Assembly (NCBI RefSeq): GCF_006345805.1 | Contig: NW_021826531.1 | Span: 1-12,540 of the forward strand | Length of the DNA stretch: 12,540 nucleotides | From: Octopus sinensis | Lineage: Eukaryota | Direction: 5' to 3' | Shown: one piece after another, positions 1-9,149 of the stretch | Numbering within the stretch: position 1 is the first letter of the stretch | Layout: the number at the start of each line of letters is the position of its first letter | Notes under the pieces: model-generated | Database searches by the model: none | What the model saw: the letters and a program-made list of their open reading frames with translations, nothing else | What the model was told of the DNA's origin: nothing | Position numbers and translations under genes: made by a program

Positions 1-39
1 CCATGTGATTGATTAGCAAGCTACTTACCACACAGCCAC
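1..39 (-). mobile_element. 5' head fragment of tRNA-derived SINE family A, cut by the window edge
   Basis: Reverse complement reads GTGGCTGTGTGGTAAGTAGCTTGCTAATCAATCACATGG, nearly identical to the head of the copy ending at 5836. Confidence 0.85.
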
Positions 40-315
40 AAGCCAAAACGAAATAAAAAAAATTGCCCACGATAAAAAGTAAACAATCTTTACGTAAACA
101 ATGTTCAAAACTAGATGTTTCGTGGCCGAGGCTATACATCAATTTCGCTGCTCCTTTAAATAATTCTTACTAATTAGTGGTAGTTGATAGTTTTTCATAA
201 TGGCCTAAAATTTGTAGGTGTAAAAAACAACGTGCAATATAACTCCACTGGCGAAACGTAAAAGGGAACAAAATATTCATACTCGTTTATATCTTAATTT
301 TTACTAAACATTTCT

Positions 316-716
316 AGGAGTGGCTGAGTGGTAAGTAGCTTGCTTTCCAACCACATGGTTCCGGGTTCAGTACCACTGTATGGCACCTTGCTCAAGGGTC
401 TTCTACTACAACCTTGGACCAACCAAAGCATTGTGAGTGGATTTGGTAGAGGGAAATTGAAAGAAACACATCGTATATATGTGTGTGTGTTTCTATGTAT
501 TTGTGCGTGTGTTGTGTGTGTGTGTGTTTGTGTATGTTCCGACGCTTGACAACCGATGTTGGTGTGTTTGCATCCCCATAACTTAGCGGTTCGGCAAAAG
601 AGACTGTTAGAATAAGTACTAGGCTTACAAAGGATAAGTCCTGGGATCGATTTCTTCGACTAAAGGCGGTGCTCCAGCAAGGCCGCAGTCAAATGACTAA
701 AACGAGTAAAAGAGTA
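316..716 (+). mobile_element. tRNA-derived SINE family A (CORE-SINE-like), near full length, with an internal TA/TG microsatellite
   Basis: Pol III A box TGGCTGAGTGG (321-331) and B box GGTTCAGTACC (364-374). An internal (TG)n tract lies at ~475-535 and the tail ends GAGTAAAAGAGTA. Homologous to copies at 3468-3682, 5452-5836 and 6171-6583. The CORE assignment rests only on resemblance of CCTTGGGCAAG in sister copies to the CORE motif. Confidence 0.88.
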
Positions 717-954
717 CATGTATGTATGTGTGTGCGCACGTACTTGTGTGTATGTGTTTGTGTGTATGTGTTTGTGTGTGTGCATGTATCTATGTATGTA
801 TATGTAGGCATGTATATGTATATGTAAATACATATTTATGTATATGTGTGTGTGAACAATTAGGTAAATATATAAATGCATATACATATACACACACCAA
901 TATACGTATGTATATGAATATAAATACGTATCTATCTATCTATATATGTATATA
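717..954. repeat. Mixed TG/TA/TATG microsatellite
   Basis: Degenerate dinucleotide and tetranucleotide repeats are directly visible. Confidence 0.9.
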
Positions 955-959
955 ATCAA

Positions 960-2878
960 CAAATAAGGGTGGAATTACTTGAAAAAGAAATTCAGAAAAA
1001 GTATAAAATTGCTGATAAAAGAATACTTAAGAAAGCCAACATCGAGGCTATGAAAAATCATGGAGAAATATAACCTACAAATGAAGACAGAACCACTTGT
1101 TCCTAAACAACCTAGGTTTATTTGAAGGATCACAAACCAATTTTTTTACTAACCATCATTAAGGCTTATCTGCCTTCTAGCTCTGACATCGGTATCCTTA
1201 GTAAAAAATATACTAGATAAATATATTCCTAATCTAATCAAAACATTAAAACTTAGTTATGGACTAATTCATTTGACGTAGTTGACTGGTTGACTGGTTT
1301 AGGTCTATTAACAGTAAGGTGAGTACGAAGTTTATCCAGTTTGATATTCCAATTTTTATTCGTCTATTAATCCAATAGTACTTAATAAGGCACTTTGGCT
1401 TGCTCATAACAAAGCTGGTCTCACCCGAGAAGAAATTATGTTGTGTTGGCAGCACAGAAGATCTATTATTAAATTGATGATAAGTTGTGGGTCCGTAAAG
1501 ACACACCAGATAGTTTCGATATACCTATGGGAAGTTCTGATTCAGCACAGATAGCTGATTTGGTCTGTATATATATTCTTTTTGAAATGGCTGAAGAGTT
1601 CCCTAACATTATGGAGGTCTATATCGTGATGATTGTTACTTTACCTCAAAATGTTTCTAACAAAAGGTACAAAAAGTTAAGAACAGTTTAGTTAATTTTT
1701 TCAGTAGAATGGGCTTAAAAATCGTTTTTGATGACGATCTGACGAAGGCCAACTTTTTAGATATTACGCTTATTTACACAGTGATTCTTACTTCCCATAT
1801 CATAAACCGTTGACCAATCTTAAGTACATTAGCAAATTTAGTAATCATCCTGGAGCAATTACTAAGAATTAGTTAAGAATATTTCATTTAGATTATCTAA
1901 ATTATCTGCTAATGTCGATATTTTCAATAATAACGCTGAATTCTATAACTCTGCCTTAATCAAAGCAGGTTATACAGAAAAAAATTTCTACTGATTCTGC
2001 TCAGTCTAATTGTAAATTCAATAATGTAGATAAGATTTCTAGTCGTAAAAGAATTATTGATAACAAACATAACTTACGCACCGATACAAAGCGAATGAAG
2101 GCAGATAACCCTTATTTATTCCCCTATTACCGATCTAAAAGTAAATATAACACCTTCAAAAGTAATTACGCTATGATACTAGTAAAAATATTTGGTTAAT
2201 AATTCCTTACGGGAGACAAATTAAATCTAATCTCCCACTGCTGTTTCGTCAAGCTATTGCTAGGAATTTTCCAAATAATTCTAGATATTACTCTATAATT
2301 AATTCACATAAGTTAGGATAGTTTTTCAAACACAAAAAATCTCTTGCAAATTATATCTTCTCATAATAACAAACTGTTTATATTAATACATTTACTAATA
2401 CTAACATTAATTTAGCTACTACCATCCAACCCTCTAGAAATATTAATAACAAGGTTATTGTATCTGAAGTCAATCCCAATAGAATTAAATTTATGTCAAG
2501 TAACTCTAAGATTAAAAATTCTATATACCAGTGTATAATCAGTACTCGTAATAAAGTACAATTTTACATTGGAAGCACATCGTTAGAGTTATCTAAGAGA
2601 ATTTCTATCCATTACTCAACATTTAGGGATAGAAATAAACGGAATAGTACCGGTCTCAGCAAACTGATTTGGAATTTAAAAGACCACAATGAACAATTTC
2701 ATTGGAATGGTTGATCCTCTCAATTTCGATACCATATGACAAAGGCAAGAAATTCTGTCTTCTCTGCAATTCTGAGCTATTTTCATTATTTTTTCTAAAA
2801 AATACTCTAGTAAAAACGGTTATAGAACGAGCATACAGATGTAAGCATTGGCAAAACAACTTTAGTGCATATAAGTAG
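960..2878 (+). pseudogene. Disrupted Penelope-like RT / GIY-YIG endonuclease ORF
   Basis: Manual translation gives LKDHKP (1122-1139), KFIQFDI (1328-1348), FDIPMGSSDSAQIADLV (from 1515), GLYRDD (YRDD 1622-1633), ANFLDITL (from 1748) and SNHP (1840-1851). It continues SIY..YIG..KR (2520-2600), CLLCNSE (2756-2776), CKH (2840-2848) and stop 2876-2878. There are many frameshifts and stops. Confidence 0.9.
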
Positions 2879-3070
2879 TCTCTATCATTATTATATAGTT
2901 TAGACTTTAATTTCCTTTATATTAACATTCACTATTAATATCCCTACTCTTTCTGTTAGCTACTTATGACGTTATATCATATAACGTTTTTTTAAACAAT
3001 ATTAATAGCGTTCTGTCTATCGCTATACGAATCCATCTTTTGCTTAAAATGTCGTATTGACAAGTTTCGT

Positions 3071-3169
3071 TTTTTCCCTTTCCCGAAGAGAAGATTGCAT
3101 TGTTTATACCTTTTATTCTTTTGAATAAGTATCAGTGGAATTTTTGAAACATATGTAGAAAGACAAAAA
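3071..3169 (+). ncRNA. Degenerate type I hammerhead ribozyme in the PLE terminal region
   Basis: Stem I is TTTTTccCTTTC / GAAAGacAAAAA and the core is CCGAAGA (3083-3089; canonical CTGANGA). Stem II is long: GAAGATTGCATTG (3090-3102) / CAGTGGAATTTTT (3133-3145). GAAA lies at 3146-3149, stem III is the palindrome ACATATGT, and the GTA triplet is at 3155-3157. Confidence 0.75.
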
Positions 3170-3356
3170 TACTTGTTTAAACCTGCGTTAACTCCATTTT
3201 TTATTCCTATTATTCAAATATTCAACGAAACACGAAGTTTCAAACTTTATAAACAAGGAGTTACAACATCTTTACTTGTGAGATTTTTGCTGTCCTGGTA
3301 ACTATTCATTCATTTATCCGTGTTAAATGTTAACAAGGAAATACACTCATCTATTT

Positions 3357-3415
3357 ATAATATATATATATATATAATATATATATATATATAATATATT
3401 ATATATATATATATA

Positions 3416-3456
<41 letters not shown>

Positions 3457-3467
3457 ATATATATATA
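3357..3467. repeat. (TA)n microsatellite
   Basis: Directly visible. Confidence 0.95.
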
Positions 3468-3682
3468 TGTGTAGTGTTTGTGTGTCTGTGTTTGTCCCCC
3501 TAGCATTGCTTGACAACCGATGCTGGTGTGTTTACGTCCCCGTCACTTAGCGGTTCGGCAAAAAGAGACCGATAGAATAAGTACTGGGCTGACAAAGAAT
3601 AAGTCCTGGGGGTCGATTTGCTCGACTAAAAGACGGTGCTCCAGCATGGCCGCAGTCAAATGACTGAAACAAGTAAAAGAGT
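3468..3682 (+). mobile_element. SINE family A, 3' half only
   Basis: GCTTGACAACCGATGCTGGTGTG...GGCCGCAGTCAAATGACTGAAACAAGTAAAAGAGT matches 545-716 and the reverse complement of 5468-5640. No tRNA head is adjacent. Confidence 0.88.
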
Positions 3683-4737
3683 TTCCCACTCTGTCTTACA
3701 GCAGACTTTTTGTTTCAGTCCTTCAGCTGAATTCGAACCTTCGAACGAACCGACTATATTTCCGCTCAAAGCATTTACGGGCGTATTCCACAACTAGAAC
3801 AGTTTCATCCACTCTGTGCCGAATAAACTAAGTGAACTTTTTAACACATATCTCTTTGCCTTTTTTGTTTGACCTCGAAATGTTACATTACGTAAAATTC
3901 ACCGAAAAAATATAATCTCTTTCCCGTAACACTATGTGCTACGTTTATCGATTTAATTAACTTCGGTTTACTGACATATTTCCAAGTTTTTTTGTTTATA
4001 ATGGTGATATCACTTCCAGTACCCAATTGCATTTTTCTCTATTCTGATTATTTCATACTTGCTTCACTAAGAAACAATCTTTACGTTCAATTTCCTCTAC
4101 ATCGTGTCTTAATTTGACTATCCTTTCACATTCTTCTAACACTTGCTGTAGGGTTACATCCTAATTTTGTTCAAGCTTTGTGAGAATTCTAGTTCTAACT
4201 TCTGCGTCCTTTTCGGCAGTAAGTCTCTGTGTAAAAATCAGACATTTGAACATATCTGGCATTAATTCATCCAACTTAAACTTCTCGCATTCCCTGTTTT
4301 CTTTACCAGCATATGTGATGTAGTCCCCGTCGTTGTTTTTCTCTAGTTTCAGACACTTCCAATGTGTGTTAAACAATGAGCTCTTTTCACTGAAAACTTT
4401 ATACAGTATATCTATTGTGACACTAAATTTTATTTGCGAAGGTTTTCTTGGGAGTACATAATTACTGTATCGTTCATGTTCTGTTGTCCGTTTTCTTAAG
4501 ATTAAGCGCGTTCACATCTCGTCGTCCCAATCTTTACAACCTTTCTCAAATATTTTCTCATATCTTCTGCAGTATGCTTCGAGGGTAACTCCTTTGTCAG
4601 GTTCGTATTTGAACTCTGTTATGGAGTTCGCGACATAATCCGGCAAGAACACTTTCTCTGAATTTCCTGACGACTTCAATGATTGCAGCATTTGTTGTAA
4701 TAATAATTGCTGTTGTTGTTGCTGTGCTTTCAGTTGT

Positions 4738-4872
4738 CTTCTTCTTCTTCTTCTTCTTCTTCTTCTTCTTCTTCTTCTTCTTCTTCTTCTTCTTCTTCTT
4801 CTTCTTCTTCTTCTTCTTCTTCTTCTTCTTCTTCTTCGTCTTCTCCTCCTCCTTCTTCTTCTTCTTCTTCTT
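4738..4872. repeat. (CTT)n/(GAA)n microsatellite
   Basis: About 45 triplets, mostly perfect, with one short interrupted stretch. Confidence 0.97.
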
Positions 4873-4880
4873 CCAATCAG

Positions 4881-4891
4881 GACTCACGCCA
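4881..4891 (-). other. Possible primer-binding site (tRNA-Ser-like) of the Gypsy relic
   Basis: Minus strand TGGCGTGAGTC lies upstream of gag. It resembles TGGCGTAGTC (complement of a tRNA-Ser 3' end, recalled) with one extra base. No clear CA-ending LTR is beside it. Confidence 0.35.
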
Positions 4892-5126
4892 TTAGCCAGA
4901 AAGAATAACCTATAATTCGAGCCTACTCTAAGCTACTAAGAATGCGTGTGGCAACTTGAAGATCCACCCACCACACGCAATAGACTGGCGGCTGCACGGG
5001 CGCGAAAGCTACGTTGTTATCCTCATTCCGCAAACGGCGGGTTTTAACGGGTGGAGAGCTGAACCATCCTGGGGTACAGAGGATTCACAATCTAGACTAG
5101 GGTCTGAAAGTTTACCACACCATAGT

Positions 5127-5348
5127 GGGCTGCACCATGGTTCCTCTGCTTTGTGGCAGAAGCAGGAAGAAAGAGTGAGAGAAAGTTGTGGTGAAAGAGT
5201 ACAGAGAGGTTCCCCACCCACCCACCGGAGCCTCATGAAGCTTAGGTGTTTTTGCTCAATAAACGCTCACAATGCTCGGTCTGAGAATCGAAACCGCGTT
5301 CTTACGACCACGAGTCTGCTACCCTAACCACTGGGCCATTGGGCCTCC
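5127..5348 (-). mobile_element. tRNA-derived SINE family B
   Basis: The minus-strand head GGAGGCCCAATGGCCCAGTGGTTAGGG...CGCGGTTTCGATTCTC has an A box (TGGCCCAGTGG) and a B-box-like GGTTTCGATTC at tRNA spacing. The 3' boundary is uncertain and may extend toward ~4990. Confidence 0.75.
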
Positions 5349-5451
5349 ACAGTTGTTCTTGTTTTTGAAACTAGAGCAAACCGGCCAACAAATTTTCCAT
5401 AATTTTTGCGAATTTTTTTCTTAAATTTCACACAACAAAACATTATGAGTT

Positions 5452-5836
5452 TACTCTTCTCTTTTTTTACTCTTTTACTTGTTTCAGTCATTTGACTGCG
5501 GCCATGCTGGAGCACCGCCTTTTAGTCGAGCAAATCGACCCCGGGACTTATTCTTTGTAAGCCCAGTACTTATTTTATTAACTGACGGGGACGTAAACAC
5601 ACCAGCATCGGTTGTCAAGCAATGCCAGGGGGACAAACACAGACACACAAACACATACACACACACATATATACGACAGGCTTCTTTCAGTTTCCGTCTA
5701 CCAAATTCACTCACAAGGCATTTGTCGGCCCGGGGCTATAGCAGAAGACACTTGCCCAAGATGCCACGCAGTGGGACTGAACCCGGAACCATGTGGTTGG
5801 TTAGCAAGCTACTTACCACACAGCCACTCCTGCGCC
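5452..5836 (-). mobile_element. SINE family A, near full length
   Basis: The minus strand begins GGCGCAGGAGTGGCTGTGTGGTAAG, with B box GGTTCAGTCCC, then CTTGGGCAAGTGTC, an internal TG repeat and tail AAGTAAAAGAGTA. It has a ~25-bp internal deletion near 5580 relative to sister copies. Confidence 0.9.
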
Positions 5837-6170
5837 TATGTTTGTTAACTTCTCATGAGTATATTAAATCCTCGTAAGTTGTTAAAATCCTCACCACCAC
5901 TCTTATAATCCTTTTGATGTTGGATTATTGTAATGCACACTTCGGTGTACAGAATACTTAGTGAAACCAGAAAAGACACGACTTTGACCTGACCATCTAC
6001 TACGTATTCTGGTACTTCACCTAATTCTTTTTACTTATTATTCCATTCGTCACGCAGGAGGAGTGTACCATTATTTCTAATTCTTTACAACACTGTTTAG
6101 CACCTATGTGCTCACACACACGTGTGTGTATGTGTGTGTGGGTGTATTTTTAGATACACACATATATGTT

Positions 6171-6583
6171 AAACTTGCTTCCCAAACACATGGTTCTGGG
6201 TTTAGTTCCATAGCATGGCACCTTGGGCAATTGTCTTTAATTATAACCTAGGGCCGACCAAAGCCTTGTCAGAGGATTTGGTAGACGGAAACGGAAAGAA
6301 GCCCATCGCGCATGCGCACCCCCCCCACATATATATGCGATGGGCTTATATGCGTGTGTGTGTGTGAATGCACGTGCGCGCATCGGTTTGTCCCTGATAC
6401 CCCTTGACAACCGGTGTTAGTGTGTTTGCGTCCCCGTATCTTAGCAGTTCGGGAAAAGAGACCAATAAAATAAGTAACAGGTCTAAGGAAACAAAAATGA
6501 GTACCAGGGTTGATTCAGTCGACTCAAATTTCATCAAGGCGGTGCCCCAGCATGGCCACAGTTAAATGACGGAAACAAGTAAC
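6171..6583 (+). mobile_element. SINE family A, older diverged copy lacking the A box
   Basis: CTTGCTTCCCAAACACATGGTTCTGGG...GGCACCTTGGGCAA...CTTGACAACCGGTGTT...CAGCATGGCCACAGTTAAATGACGGAAACAAGTAA is collinear with 316-716. An A-rich tract follows. Confidence 0.85.
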
Positions 6584-6949
6584 AGGCAAAAAAAAAAGGG
6601 CAAAACAAAACAAAACAAAAAAGACAAAAAAAAAATAGACAAAATAAAGAAAGGAAAAAAGAAATCAATCGCTGCCGACATCTTTTTCATTCCATTAAGA
6701 AAATGGTGGATGTAAAACCGTGTGAAAATAAATTGAAAGTTACTAGAATCTCGAATGTTTAAAGAAAAACGAAAAAAGAAAAAAAACAGTGAAATAGAAA
6801 AAAAAAATGAAGAGAAATGAATAAACATTATATAAAACGGAGAGTAATTGGAAGACGACTACAAGAAACCAACTTAAAATAATCATGAAGTTTTGGTTTC
6901 GAATTACAAAATCTCAATTTATTACTATTTACGGAACAATATCAATCAA

Positions 6950-7290
6950 GGTTAAACGCGCGTTACAATACGTCTTTTCTATTTTCGTTTTCTCCGATCC
7001 CCGTTTTGTATCAATCCGTCTCTTCTCTTCTCACGTCATCTTTCTCGCTTCTTTCTTTTTTACTTCACAAATGGCGGCTCCGCTTACTTTAATCAATGCT
7101 TTGTTGGCCTTGTTCAATTACGAATCAGGGGGATGGGGTTATTATCGGCTGCTTTCTCTTGATTAATCATCAGTCACCAATCATCAGTCGAGCATGTTAT
7201 TGACGCTAAACGTACGTCCGTAAGAATGTCCTAAGTAACAATTATCGTTGATAACCACTGTCCGTGGAAAGTCGGATTTGTAAGTTTTGG
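6950..7290. promoter_or_regulatory. Candidate promoter / first-exon region
   Basis: Non-repetitive and locally CpG-rich. It has a YY1-like CAAATGGCGGC (7068-7078), an ATF/CRE-like TCACGTCA (7031-7038), CCAAT (7177-7181) and a minus-strand donor-like AAA|GTAAGC (7082-7090). Motif evidence only. Confidence 0.4.
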
Positions 7291-7449
7291 AGAATCAATT
7301 TGAAAACATGGAATTAGGGGCGTTAAAGCAGTTCGTTTCATTTAGCAAATTGTCGATACTTCTACTTAAACTCCCGAATGCCAAGCAGAAGCATGGATAT
7401 CGAATATAAGAGAGAATAAATAAAAATAATGAAAAATAACGATGGTCAC

Positions 7450-7663
7450 GGATTCTGGCACAAGGCCAACGGTTTTATTGGCGGAGGTGAGGTGGTAGTG
7501 TGAAGAGGTCAGTCGATTGCATCGACCATACTGTTCGAATGGTATTTATTTTATCGACTCTGAAAGGGGGAACGTGAAAGTCGGCCTTCGCGGAATTTGA
7601 AACTCGGAACGTAAAGCTGGAAGAAAGGCCGACAAGCATTTTGTCTGACGTGCTAACGATTCT
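7450..7663 (-). mobile_element. tRNA-derived SINE family C (Meta/MESC-like central domain), 5' head clipped
   Basis: The minus strand reads AGAATCGTTAGCACG...GAGTTTCAAATTCC (B-box-like)...GACTTTCACGTTCCCCCTTTCAGAGTCGATAAAATAAATACC...GGCCTTGTGCCA. The central part resembles the conserved CCTTTCATCCT..GGTCGATAAAAT.AGTACC SINE domain (family name from memory). Confidence 0.65.
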
Positions 7664-7665
<2 letters not shown>

Positions 7666-7732
<67 letters not shown>

Positions 7733-7749
7733 AATAATGATAATAATAA

Positions 7750-7801
<52 letters not shown>

Positions 7802-7821
7802 TAATAATAATAATGATGATG

Positions 7822-7910
<89 letters not shown>
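7666..7910. repeat. (TAA)n/(TGA)n microsatellite
   Basis: Directly visible. Confidence 0.97.
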
Positions 7911-7911
7911 T

Positions 7912-8508
<597 letters not shown>

Positions 8509-9059
8509 TGCCCTGATGCAGTACCAGGCAGTGGCTCTCATGGCTTCTGATCTTAACTGATTGGAAGTGTTATCATGTACATTGTTTTGTCTTGGTATAA
8601 AAGATGGGCTACAGCAAATATTCTGCTCAATACCACAGATTTGCTTGTCAGTTGTTTGACCTCAAAGAGTTGAGCATGTCCCTTGGTGGCTGATGATATG
8701 TACATCTCTGATCACGAGCAGAAGTAGTGGGAGAGCATCATAGCCATGTGTTGAGAGGGATTCTTTGGGATTTGAATAATTCACCTCTGGAAACATGGGT
8801 GGTTCTTTCAACATCCTTAAACAACCCTTATTCAGGGACCTTTTGAGCAGGATGGGCTACTCAACCTGAAGAAAATTCTAACTGGGCCCCACCTGCAAGG
8901 TCATGCGCTGTTTGTCTTATAGGAGATCACCATGTCGCGCACATATGGTTGTGATGCATGTGCCTGGTGTACCCTTATCAGACGGGTAGTCATGATGGGT
9001 ATATGGGCTTCGTATATTTTACCCCAGTGTCAGTTTGATGGCATGAACTGCTCTCTCTC
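8509..9059. mobile_element. Unclassified ~550-bp non-coding insert within (TAA)n
   Basis: A more GC-rich block with sharp (TAA)n boundaries on both sides. No recognisable protein in the frames I read. A terminal hairpin lies at 8509-8530. Confidence 0.5.
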
Positions 9060-9096
9060 AATAATAATAATAATCATAATAATAATAATAATAATG

Positions 9097-9148
<52 letters not shown>
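9060..9148. repeat. (TAA)n microsatellite
   Basis: Directly visible. Confidence 0.97.

Positions 9149-9149
<1 letters not shown>

Larger units (their letters stand above)
955..3356 (+). mobile_element. 5'-truncated, decayed Penelope-like retroelement (Naiad-like; RT + C-terminal GIY-YIG + 3' pLTR region)
   Basis: Collinear, frameshifted RT and endonuclease motifs are followed by ~480 bp of non-coding 3' sequence containing a hammerhead fold. Both ends abut TA-rich microsatellites. Boundaries are approximate. Confidence 0.88.
3690..4891 (-). mobile_element. Decayed Ty3/Gypsy (Mag / K02A2.6-like) LTR retrotransposon relic: gag plus protease remnant
   Basis: The minus strand translates to NSITEFKYEPDKGVTLEAYCRRYEKIFEKGCKDWDD, then EHERYSNYVLPRKP, SLFNTHWKCLKL..DYITYAG..NRECEKFKL..DMFKCLIF..VRTRILTKLEQ, typical of this gag type. 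LFGTEWMKLF (3797-3826) resembles the protease C-terminal motif. There are stops, frameshifts and apparent internal deletions. Confidence 0.8.

Noticed and set aside
4597-4915. Poly-K/F/S ORFs
   Set aside because: They are translations of the (CTT)n tract; the real gag signal is in another, broken frame.
5270-5348. tRNA gene
   Set aside because: It has A/B boxes but no clean cloverleaf, and it continues into a SINE body.
4956-5877. 123-aa and 132-aa ORFs
   Set aside because: They lie largely antisense within SINEs and show no protein-family motifs.
6114-6129. Palindrome ACACACACGTGTGTGT
   Set aside because: It is a trivial junction of CA and GT microsatellites.
6885-7166. 93-aa ORF as a host gene
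   Set aside because: It is low-complexity, Phe/Ser-rich sequence from a pyrimidine tract with no recognisable domain; only the promoter-like motifs were kept.
7150-7187. Minus-strand CTGATGA...GAAA as a hammerhead or C/D snoRNA
   Set aside because: Stems II and III do not pair, and there is no terminal stem.
8690-8696. CTGATGA as a hammerhead core
   Set aside because: There is no correctly placed GAAA, stem III or stem I.
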